A stretch of 64,000 nucleotides of DNA from an uncultured Roseburia sp. (GTDB taxonomy: Bacteria; Bacillota; Clostridia; Lachnospirales; Lachnospiraceae): positions 2,318-66,317 of the forward strand of contig CANRSX010000025.1 in assembly GCA_947642555.1 (NCBI GenBank), given 5' to 3'. Below, piece by piece: positions 27,595 to 35,790 of the stretch. The notes beneath the pieces were generated by a model. The model had not been told where the DNA came from. It searched no databases and was given only the letters and a program-made list of their open reading frames with translations. A program made the translations under genes and the position numbers. Numbering within the stretch: position 1 is the stretch's first letter; every line of letters begins with the position of its first letter.

Positions 27595-27607
27595 ACAAAA
27601 TCCTCCG

Positions 27608-28594
27608 TTACAGTGCAAGCTGCACAAGGGTCGCCGGCATCTCGTGCTTCTGGTTCACCTTGTCCGGTCCGGTCACGAGGTCAAAGCAGGATACGATGAT
27701 CCGCCCGTCCCACACAATCGGTTCCCCCGGCTGATCCAGGCCGCCGTCCACCCCCGTACAGTCCGGGCTCTGTGCGATCCTGGTCACGGTTCCCTCCGGC
27801 GTCACCATGGCGATGGCATTGGCCGAAAAATCCGCGATGTACAGATTTCCCTTTTCGTCGAATATCATGCCGTCCGTGCTCTGCAGCTGTGAGGCATCCT
27901 GCGCGAAAATCCGGTTTTCCACCGGGGAGCCGTCCGGCCCGATCAAAATGCGGTACACCGCCCCGTCCCCGAAATTTCCCACATACAGCGCCCCGTCCGG
28001 CCCGAAGACGATGCCGTCCGCGCCGTACTGGCAGTCCGGATTGTGCGTGACAAATGTCGCGAAAATATTCGGATCCGCCAGGGTGTTGGTCACATGCACT
28101 CCCCGCTCGTTAAGCGCAAAACGGTACACACAGCTGGTAAGCAGCCCGTCCTCCCGGACCACCGGGTGCAGGTAGCTCTGGGTCACATACATGTATCCGT
28201 CCTTTATCCGTATGCCGTTGGGATGCTCCATTCCGTCAGCTACTACGATCGTCTCCAGTATTTCCCCCTCATCCGTCACCGTAAGCCGCAGCACGCGTCC
28301 CTTATAGAGCAGATCTTCCCGCTCGCTCCAGCCCTGGTTGTCGCAGAGATAGATATTCCATTCCCCGTCAAAGGCAATCCCCATATTCCGCGCCACGCCG
28401 GTCTCTGGGTGCACCGGCACGTCAAACCATTTCGTCACATTCCCGTCGCGGTCTAAGCGCACCACCATGCCGGAGCTTTCCTCGCTGGCATAGTTCGGGC
28501 AGGACAGCACGAGATTCCCGTGGCGGTCGACGGCCATTCCGTCGGGAGTGCAGATATAATCCGGCAGAACGCTGAACAATGTCGTCTCTCGCAT
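27608..28594 (-). CDS. SMP-30/gluconolactonase/LRE-family beta-propeller protein
   Basis: 328 aa. Repeated xDGxxxGNLY(I/V) blade motifs (DRHGNLVLS, PDGALYVGN, DEKGNLYIAD). Confidence 0.75.
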   Translation of the reverse strand: MRETTLFSVLPDYICTPDGMAVDRHGNLVLSCPNYASEESSGMVVRLDRDGNVTKWFDVPVHPETGVARNMGIAFDGEWNIYLCDNQGWSEREDLLYKGRVLRLTVTDEGEILETIVVADGMEHPNGIRIKDGYMYVTQSYLHPVVREDGLLTSCVYRFALNERGVHVTNTLADPNIFATFVTHNPDCQYGADGIVFGPDGALYVGNFGDGAVYRILIGPDGSPVENRIFAQDASQLQSTDGMIFDEKGNLYIADFSANAIAMVTPEGTVTRIAQSPDCTGVDGGLDQPGEPIVWDGRIIVSCFDLVTGPDKVNQKHEMPATLVQLAL

Positions 28595-28614
28595 ATCAGT
28601 TCCTCCTACTTATT

Positions 28615-29664
28615 TTAAAACTCGATGATAATCTTCTTCGTCCCCGCCTCCCGCCGTTCGATGAGGGCAAAGGCGTCCCGTATCCGTTCAAAGGGGAAGG
28701 TGTGGGAGATAAAATCCTTCGGGTCAAGCACCCCCGCATTGATCCAGGCCATGATCTGCGTGTGTGCCTCCGCCTCCTCTCTCTTGCTGGGCCACTGCAC
28801 GAAATTCAGGCTCCAGTTGTAGGGCGCGCCGCTCCAGTCCAGCTGCATCTGAAGCTCCGGGGATATCCCGTAGCCGCAGATCGTTCCGTTATAGCGGATC
28901 AGCCCCATGGCCTCATTCAGCAGGCGGTTGATCCCCACCGCGTCCACCACGTGATCCACTCCCTCCGGCAGCAGGCGGCGCACCTCTGCTTTTACATCGC
29001 AGGCGCCGGATTCCAGGATGACGTCCGCTCCCAGACGGCCCGCCTCCTCTGCCTTTTCTTTTATGACATCCGTCGTGATCACCGGCCCCATCCCCAGCAG
29101 CTTACAGAATCTCGTAAAACACAGCCCCACCGGGCCGGCCCCGTAGATGAGCACGCTCTCATTCGGCGCGAACCCAAAGCGCCGGATCGCGCTTAAGACC
29201 TCCCGGAAGGTGATGATCATGGCCGCCTCCACCGCGTTCACCCGGTCCGTCGGGCGAAGGACGGTCTGGGCCAGATACCCCTCGCTCCACTGCGGCGTCC
29301 CGGGGCCCATGCCGTTTTCGATGTACGCATCCGCATCCCCCACCACCGCGTATTCACTGTAGGCGCCCCAGCCCGGCGTGTATCCGTCCATGGTTTTTTC
29401 CAGAAACGGCAGGAGCACCAGGTCTCCTTTTTTCAGGTGTCTCACATCCGCCCCCGTCTCCACCACCTCTCCCACGCCCTCATGCCCTAAAATCGCCGGG
29501 TAGGTGTCAAAATTTTTAAAGGTGCCGTGAATCAGCTTCATATCCGTGCCGTTGCACACGCCGCAGCTTTTCATCTTTACCAGCGCCTGGCAGCGCCCGT
29601 ACTCCGGCACCGGAAATTCCCGTACCGCCAGCGTCCCCTGCGCGTCAACTGTCAGAGCCTTCAT
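28615..29664 (-). CDS. Zinc-dependent medium-chain alcohol/polyol dehydrogenase
   Basis: CGVCNGTD and GHEGVGEVVETG. I moved the start to the ATG at 29664 (MKALTV). It overlaps the GH105 3' end by 20 nt. Confidence 0.85.
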   Translation of the reverse strand: MKALTVDAQGTLAVREFPVPEYGRCQALVKMKSCGVCNGTDMKLIHGTFKNFDTYPAILGHEGVGEVVETGADVRHLKKGDLVLLPFLEKTMDGYTPGWGAYSEYAVVGDADAYIENGMGPGTPQWSEGYLAQTVLRPTDRVNAVEAAMIITFREVLSAIRRFGFAPNESVLIYGAGPVGLCFTRFCKLLGMGPVITTDVIKEKAEEAGRLGADVILESGACDVKAEVRRLLPEGVDHVVDAVGINRLLNEAMGLIRYNGTICGYGISPELQMQLDWSGAPYNWSLNFVQWPSKREEAEAHTQIMAWINAGVLDPKDFISHTFPFERIRDAFALIERREAGTKKIIIEF

Positions 29665-30757
29665 CCCTTCTCCCCCTTTCCTGTGTCCCGTATTCCATCG
29701 CTGTAGCAGCCCAGAGGCAGCCGCACACCGCCTCCTGGCCGTTTGTTTTCTGCGGATAATGAATGTAGGCCTCATAGCTGTCCTGCACGCAGAGCCCTTC
29801 GCAGGCGCCGTGGACATCCAGAAGACCCTTTTCATCCGCAGTGATCCGCCCTAAGACGCCCTCATAGCCCCGGGCAGCCGCCTTCTCATACCCGTCTCCC
29901 TCCGCCAGTTTATGATCCAGCGCGTAGCGGAAGGCATAGGTAAACATGGCGCTCCCCGAGACGTCGCACCAGTTCCCCGGCCGGTCCGGCTCGTCCACCA
30001 CCTGATACCAGAGGCCGGTTTTCGGATCCTGCACTTTTGCAAGGCCCTCCAGCAGCAGCGCCAGCTGTCTGCGGGCCGCCTCCCAGGCCGCATGCTCCCG
30101 GGGGACAATCGACAGCGCCTCTGTAAGGATCAGCGCATACCAGCCAAGGCCCTCGCTCCAGACGCAGCCGGAGCGGCCGCCCTCCCCTGCCCAGGAGGCC
30201 AGCCCGTCCTCGCTGTACGCGTGCACCAGCAGGCCGTCATGCGTATGGCAGTACCGGAAAATCAGCTCCAGCTGGCGGCCGGTCTCGTCATAGCAGTCCG
30301 GCCGGTCAAAGGCCCGCCCGTATCTGCTGTAGAACATCTGTCCCATAAAGACGCCGTCCACCCACATCTCGCCCGGATATTCCGTGCGGTTGTGTAAAAA
30401 TCCGCCCTCCCGCGTGCGCGGGTAGTCCGCAAAGGCCTCCCGGATCCGGTGGCAGGCCGCTGCGTAGCGCGCCTCCCCGGTCTGCTCATACATCCACACC
30501 AGCACCGCGCCGGTCATCATGTCGTCCATGCTGCACCCGGTAAAGCCCCGCAGGACGCCCTCCCGCGTCACATGGGCTTCGCAGTATTCCCGTATGTAAT
30601 CCCGGTAGCGCGCATCCCCCGTCGCCTCCTAAAGCTTTGTCATCCCGATGAGAAGATATCCCTGCGGATAACTCCAGGAGCGGTACGGGTAGTCGTCGGC
30701 CTTCGGATAGCGTCTCATCACCGTGTCCGCAAGCCTCACCGCAGTATCCGTCCTCAT
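29645..30757 (-). pseudogene. GH105/GH88-type unsaturated glycuronyl hydrolase (YteR-like) interrupted by an in-frame TAG at codon 43
   Basis: ATG at 30757 overlaps the upstream stop (ATGA) and follows GGTGAGGA. It reads MRTDTAVRLADTVMRRYPKADDYPYRSWSYPQGYLLIGMTKL-TAG(30631..30629)-EATGDARYRDYIREYCEAHVTREGVLRGF.., continuing in the same frame into the 308-aa ORF-track entry (DDMMTGAV.. MWVDGVFMG..). Confidence 0.75.
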
Positions 30758-31722
30758 CTGTCCTCACCTTCTCCCCATTCCGCGGCCGTTTCCATCACCC
30801 AGCGGATCCGCTCCGTATCAATGTCCGCCGGCAGCGTACAGTCCGCCCCGATCAGATAGCCCCGCGTCCCGTTTTCCGCGAGCAGCTCTTTTGTATACGC
30901 CTGCACCTGCTCCTTTGTCCCCCGGCAGAGGACCCCTTCCCTCCGGTTGTCAAAGCCGCCCAGCACCGGCCGGCCGCCGAAGCGCGCTCTGCCCTCCGAA
31001 AGGCTGAGGCCCTCGATCTGTACCGCCCAGTTCACCGCCGCGGAGGGATAGTCGTACCAGTTTTCCATGCGGTTTGTGATCCCTGCCCAGCCGCAGCAGT
31101 GCAGAATATTATTTTCGCTGAAACGGTTGGCGTGCTCTAACACCAGAAGATCCGAGGGGGTGACATACTTCCGGTATTCCTCATGCGTAAAGCGGTCCGT
31201 CTCCCCGCCCTGCACGCAGTAATACACCCCGTCGCAGCCGCACTCTGTCACACAGAGCTCCGCCAGCAGCGCGTTCCCCTCCGCGATGACGGAAAGCCCG
31301 TACATCACCGCCTCCGGATCCTCGCGCAGGTGCGCCATCACACGCTCATCCCCCGCGCCGAACCGCATGGAGGAAAAGGGAGCATACACGTTGTAAAACG
31401 ACATACAGCGCCCGCCCAGCCGCTCATTCACGGCCTTTACCCGCTCCAGCTGCCTTCTGATATAGGGGTGCTCCCGTCCCATGGGGGTTAAATCATACCA
31501 GTCTTTTGCACTGCAGACCGGCGCCGTCAGCTCATAGTCAAAAAAACCGTCGCACATAATTTTTGCAAAATCCACATCGCAGTCGTCATAATACCGCATA
31601 TGCGCGTCAATACACGCCTGTCCCAGCGCCTTCTCCCCCTCAAAATGAAACCAGAACCCCACCGGGACCTGATCCACCGGCTGATTGTGCAGTGCGTTCC
31701 ACACACGTGTCCGTCTGTCCAT
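30754..31722 (-). CDS. Uroporphyrinogen-decarboxylase (URO-D/MtaA-like) family protein
   Basis: 322 aa from the ATG at 31722, which follows CAGGAGGAGA. MDRRTRVWNALHNQPVDQVPVGFW.. is the typical N-terminus of this family. Confidence 0.65.
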   Translation of the reverse strand: MDRRTRVWNALHNQPVDQVPVGFWFHFEGEKALGQACIDAHMRYYDDCDVDFAKIMCDGFFDYELTAPVCSAKDWYDLTPMGREHPYIRRQLERVKAVNERLGGRCMSFYNVYAPFSSMRFGAGDERVMAHLREDPEAVMYGLSVIAEGNALLAELCVTECGCDGVYYCVQGGETDRFTHEEYRKYVTPSDLLVLEHANRFSENNILHCCGWAGITNRMENWYDYPSAAVNWAVQIEGLSLSEGRARFGGRPVLGGFDNRREGVLCRGTKEQVQAYTKELLAENGTRGYLIGADCTLPADIDTERIRWVMETAAEWGEGEDR

Positions 31723-31739
31723 GATGATCTCCTCCTGTT

Positions 31740-33167
31740 TTACCCGTAAATATCCGATTCCAGATGCAGCGTATCCAGCCAGAAGACGCTGGCCGCATAG
31801 ACCAGGCATCCGGCCTGCATCCGTTCGATTTCAATACACTCGTCGGCCTGATGGTAATCCCCGTGCCCCGGCGCAAACAGATGGGCGGGCCGCGGCGGCA
31901 TGGGAAGTCCGGTGCCAAAGGGCAGCGCGTTTTTCAGCCTGCGGGCATAGGTGCCCCCGCTCATCACAAAGGGCTCTGTATGCACTCCCATCACCTGATT
32001 ATAAATTTCCGTCAGCCCGTTTACGACAGGTGTCAGTCTCTCGTGATTCACCGGCTCCTGACACCGCAGCACCTCCACGTCAAACCCATGCCGGTCTGCG
32101 CCGCCGGTAAGTCTCCCCAGGATCTCTTCGCCGCTCTTTTGGACCGGGAACTTTATGCTGGCGGTAAACCACAGGCGCCCGTCCTTCAGCCCTGCCGTCG
32201 TCACACCGCAGATTAAGGGCCCGGACGCCGCATCCTTACAGGCGATCCCAAGGCCTTCCCCAAAAGTGTCCGCCGAAGCCAGACGCAGGTACGCAAACGC
32301 CCCCGACCCTGCATCGATTCCCGCCCGGCAGGCAGCGTCCGCAAGAAGCCATATGGCGTTCGGCCCGGGGCCCGGCATCGCGGCGTGATCCGCCGTGCCA
32401 TGCGCGGTAAAGACTGTTTCCCCGCCTTCTTCCACGCATGTCATGTTTTCTCCGCACGCTGTCGGAAAACTGCCCCGGCAGCGCAGCATGGCGGTCTCCG
32501 GCAGCATCGGCACGCGGTCCCCGGCCACAAGGGATTTCACGCGCCCGTCGAGGATCTTTCGCGACGTCAGCCGCACCTCAAGCGTCCCGCGCTCCCCCAC
32601 GCAGACCGGAAAGGCGCAGTCCGCCACGATCGACAGCGGCGGCTGCACCTGGGTTTTCGCAAAATATTCCGCGTCCGCCATCCCGCATTCCTCATTAAAG
32701 CCCACATACAGGGTCAGCCTGTGGCGCAGCGGGTATCCCGTCTCCCTCAGATAGCGCATCAGGTACAGCACGCAGATGGCGCTTCCCTTATTATCCTGGG
32801 CGCCCCGCCCGATGATATAGCCCTCCGTCTCCGTCGCCACAAACGGGTCAAAACGCCAGCCGCTGCCCGCGGGCACCACGTCCAAGTGGCTCCAGAAGGC
32901 CAGCTCCTCCCCCGCGCCGATGCTGGCCCGCGCACAGTAGTAATCATAATGTTCGGTCTCAAACCCGTATTCCTCCGCCATGGCGCAGAACAGGTCCGCC
33001 ATCTTCCGGCAGGCTTCCCCGAAGGGAGGGCACGCTTTATCCTCCGGCACGGAAATACTCGGCACCGCGATCATGCGCATCAGATCCCGCGTCATTTCCT
33101 GCTGGTGGGAGAGGAACCAGCTGCGCGCCTCCTCCACCCGGCCTTTCTCCAAAAACACCTTTTCCAT
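31740..33167 (-). CDS. M20-family dipeptidase (PepV/Sapep-like)
   Basis: 475 aa. WSHLDVVPAG..W..DPF and GRGAQDNKG. Confidence 0.8.
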   Translation of the reverse strand: MEKVFLEKGRVEEARSWFLSHQQEMTRDLMRMIAVPSISVPEDKACPPFGEACRKMADLFCAMAEEYGFETEHYDYYCARASIGAGEELAFWSHLDVVPAGSGWRFDPFVATETEGYIIGRGAQDNKGSAICVLYLMRYLRETGYPLRHRLTLYVGFNEECGMADAEYFAKTQVQPPLSIVADCAFPVCVGERGTLEVRLTSRKILDGRVKSLVAGDRVPMLPETAMLRCRGSFPTACGENMTCVEEGGETVFTAHGTADHAAMPGPGPNAIWLLADAACRAGIDAGSGAFAYLRLASADTFGEGLGIACKDAASGPLICGVTTAGLKDGRLWFTASIKFPVQKSGEEILGRLTGGADRHGFDVEVLRCQEPVNHERLTPVVNGLTEIYNQVMGVHTEPFVMSGGTYARRLKNALPFGTGLPMPPRPAHLFAPGHGDYHQADECIEIERMQAGCLVYAASVFWLDTLHLESDIYG

Positions 33168-33177
33168 CCCGTCTCCT

Positions 33178-34248
33178 TTACAGCTCGATCAGCTCATGGG
33201 GGCTGTGCGTGATGTTTTCCACCGTGCCGTCCTCATGAATCAGAATGGTATCCTCGATCCGCACGCCAAATTCCCCCGGCAGATAGATCCCCGGCTCCAC
33301 CGTGATCGCCAGTCCCGCTTCCACCGGTGAATCGTCCGTCTGATTAAACCGCGGATCCTCGTGCAGATCCAGCCCCACCGCATGCCCCAGGCCGTGGCCG
33401 AAGCAGTCGCCGTAGCCTGCGTCCGCAATCACGGCACGTGCCGCGGCGTCCACATCCCGGCAGATCACGCCGGGACGAACAGCGGCAAGCGCGGCCTGCT
33501 GCGCCCGCCTCACCGTCTCATACACGCTTCTCTGCCGCTCATTTGCGGCGCCGAACATCACGGTGCGGGTCATATCCCCCCAGTAACCGTCGATCGGCGT
33601 TCCCATATCCATCATGATAAAATCGCCGGGGCTAAGCCTCCTGCCGCTGGGGCTGCCGTGGGGATACGCCGTGTCCGGCCCGAATACCACGAGGAAATCA
33701 TGGGAGGTGCGCTGTGCCCCGTATTCGATAAAAAAGCCGTTTAAGATCCGCTGCAGCTCCCGGTCCGTCATCCCCTCCCGGATCTGCGGCAGCACCGCCT
33801 CAAACACCGCGTCCCCGATCTTTTGGGCACGGCGCAGGCACGCGAATTCCTCCTTTGACTTGTGCGCCCGCTGCAGCCGCACCGCCCGGGAGGTCTCCGG
33901 CGTCGCGAGAAGGGTCACGGAAAGCGCTGCCTGCAGCCGCTGAAACTCCGCCACACTCCAGCTGTCCGTATCGATTCCCAGCGTCCTGACGCCGCATTCC
34001 CCACAGAGCGCGTCAATCTGCGCGGGAAGATCCGTGATCCGCTCCACCTCACAGTCCCGGGCAGACCGGCGCGCAGCCTCAAGATACCGCCCGTCCACCA
34101 GGAGCACCGCCTGTTCCGCCGTCACAAACAGGTAACCCGCACTTGAGGAAAAAGATGTATAATAGCAGCGGTTCGTGCCGCCCGCGAGCAGCACAGCATC
34201 CGCCTGTTCTGGCATCCTCCTCTGTAATGCCGCAATCCGTCCTTCCAT
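33178..34248 (-). CDS. M24B Xaa-Pro aminopeptidase/prolidase
   Basis: HGLGHAVGLDLHEDP and GIYLPGEFGVRIEDTILI. I moved the start to the ATG at 34248, which follows GGAGGGA. Confidence 0.85.
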   Translation of the reverse strand: MEGRIAALQRRMPEQADAVLLAGGTNRCYYTSFSSSAGYLFVTAEQAVLLVDGRYLEAARRSARDCEVERITDLPAQIDALCGECGVRTLGIDTDSWSVAEFQRLQAALSVTLLATPETSRAVRLQRAHKSKEEFACLRRAQKIGDAVFEAVLPQIREGMTDRELQRILNGFFIEYGAQRTSHDFLVVFGPDTAYPHGSPSGRRLSPGDFIMMDMGTPIDGYWGDMTRTVMFGAANERQRSVYETVRRAQQAALAAVRPGVICRDVDAAARAVIADAGYGDCFGHGLGHAVGLDLHEDPRFNQTDDSPVEAGLAITVEPGIYLPGEFGVRIEDTILIHEDGTVENITHSPHELIEL

Positions 34249-34276
34249 TGGCCATCCCTCCATGCCCTGATTCAAA

Positions 34277-34304
34277 GAATGCAATGGCCGGCGCCATCGC
34301 ATTC
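34277..34304 (-). other. Intercistronic stem-loop after the SBP gene
   Basis: Minus strand reads GAATGCGATGGC-GCCG-GCCATTGCATTC: 12 bp including one G.U pair, followed by TTTGAAT. Confidence 0.45.
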
Positions 34305-34321
34305 TCTGTTTTCCTTATTGC

Positions 34322-35677
34322 CTATCCCTGATCGCGCAGGGAAGCGACTGCCGCGTCCACATTCTGAAGGAACGCGTCCACATCCTTATCCATCAGAAGC
34401 TGCTGTACGTAATTCTGAATCTCATTTCCGTAACGGGAATCCACAAACGATCCCTGCCAGTCATGAACCTTACCTGCCGCCACCATATCGAGCACCGGCT
34501 GCACCCCTGCATCGCCGTAGGTCGTCTGATCGATACAGGACGGAGCTCCCTCCGTGTCGGACCAGATCTGCGCGATTTCCGGGCGGGATAAAAACTCCAG
34601 GAATTTTAAAGCCGCATCCTGCTCCTCGGGGCTTGCCTTTCCTGAGATACAGATCGCCGCGTCCACCCCCGCGATAATTTTGGTGGACTCCTCCGTCTCC
34701 CCCGGAAGCGGGAACAGTCCGAACTCCATATCCGGGTTCGTCGCCATCATGGTGCCGCGGGAATAGGAACCGGTGATCGTCATCGCCGCTTTTCCATTCA
34801 TGAAATCCTCCAGGGCCTGGTTGGTCGGAATGCCGAACACATCCTCATTGCAGTAATCCATCAGCTGGATCACCTTTTCCGCCAGATTCCGGTAGCCCGC
34901 AAAATCCGATACCTTCGTCTCCCCGCTGGTATCCGCGATCACGTCGACCAGATGCTCGATCCCGCCGTCATTGAGCGCGATATTGGCCGCGTTAAACATA
35001 TGGCCCGCCACCCACGGCTCCTTGTAGGAAAGGCTTAAGGGCAGCTCCCCGGCAGCCTTGATCGTCTCGCAGGCCGCGATAAATTCATCCCAGGTCTTCG
35101 GCACCTCGATGTTCAGGCGCTCAAAGGTCTCCACCGAATAATAGACCGCGATAAAATTCTGGCTGTAGGGCATCGCATAATAGTGTCCGTCCGGCGCGAC
35201 GCTTAAGTCCAGCATCGCAGGCTTCACATTGGACATAAATTCCTGATCCGTCAGGTCCATGTAATAGCCTCCCTCGATCCGGTCTTTAAACACTACCGAC
35301 GTAGGATAATCCGTGAACATCACCGGGACATCGTCAGACGCCAGCCGCGTGGTGAGCACCTGTTTGCCGTCCGGCACAGTATTGATCTCGATATGAATAT
35401 TCGGATATTCCTCCTCGAACATCGGAACCACCTTCGCATAGGCTGCCTGCGCCGCCTCCTCCGTCTTCTGATTGAAATACTCGATCGTGATTTCCTCTCC
35501 GCCGGATGCGCCGCTTCCCGCGTCCTCCTGTTTCTCCTGCTGCGAGGTATCCGCGGAAGCATTGTCATTCCCCGAAGCGCCGCTCCCATCCGCCGCGGCG
35601 TCCGGCTTTGCGCCGCAGGCCGCAAGTGTCACTGCCATCACTGCCGTAAGCATCCGTGCAACCATTTTTCTTTTCAT
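34322..35677 (-). CDS. Sugar ABC transporter solute-binding lipoprotein (CUT1)
   Basis: MKRKMVARMLTAVMAVTLAACG lipobox. I moved the start to the ATG at 35677, which follows AAAGGAGGAG. 451 aa. Confidence 0.85.
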   Translation of the reverse strand: MKRKMVARMLTAVMAVTLAACGAKPDAAADGSGASGNDNASADTSQQEKQEDAGSGASGGEEITIEYFNQKTEEAAQAAYAKVVPMFEEEYPNIHIEINTVPDGKQVLTTRLASDDVPVMFTDYPTSVVFKDRIEGGYYMDLTDQEFMSNVKPAMLDLSVAPDGHYYAMPYSQNFIAVYYSVETFERLNIEVPKTWDEFIAACETIKAAGELPLSLSYKEPWVAGHMFNAANIALNDGGIEHLVDVIADTSGETKVSDFAGYRNLAEKVIQLMDYCNEDVFGIPTNQALEDFMNGKAAMTITGSYSRGTMMATNPDMEFGLFPLPGETEESTKIIAGVDAAICISGKASPEEQDAALKFLEFLSRPEIAQIWSDTEGAPSCIDQTTYGDAGVQPVLDMVAAGKVHDWQGSFVDSRYGNEIQNYVQQLLMDKDVDAFLQNVDAAVASLRDQG

Positions 35678-35722
35678 GCTACTCCTCCTTTGCCTTCTGT
35701 TCCTGCCGTTTCTGATGATTTC

Positions 35723-35779
35723 ATTATAGCCGGCGCTCCTGTGGCCGAATATGCAAAACATTGGGTGATTCATATGAAT
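35723..35779 (-). promoter_or_regulatory. Candidate activator-dependent internal promoter upstream of the SBP gene
   Basis: Perfect -10 TATAAT (minus strand, 35728..35723) with no recognisable -35. A perfect 12-bp palindrome ATTCATATGAAT (35768..35779) lies about 40 nt upstream of the -10. Confidence 0.35.
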
Positions 35780-35790
35780 ATTCTGTCTTT

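Noticed and set aside
30629-30631. The TAG in GH105 read as a programmed pyrrolysine or read-through codon.
   Set aside because: No pylTSBCD genes or suppressor tRNA are visible in the window, and the homologous position is an ordinary aromatic residue. A nonsense mutation or a sequencing error is more parsimonious. This cannot be excluded without the whole genome.
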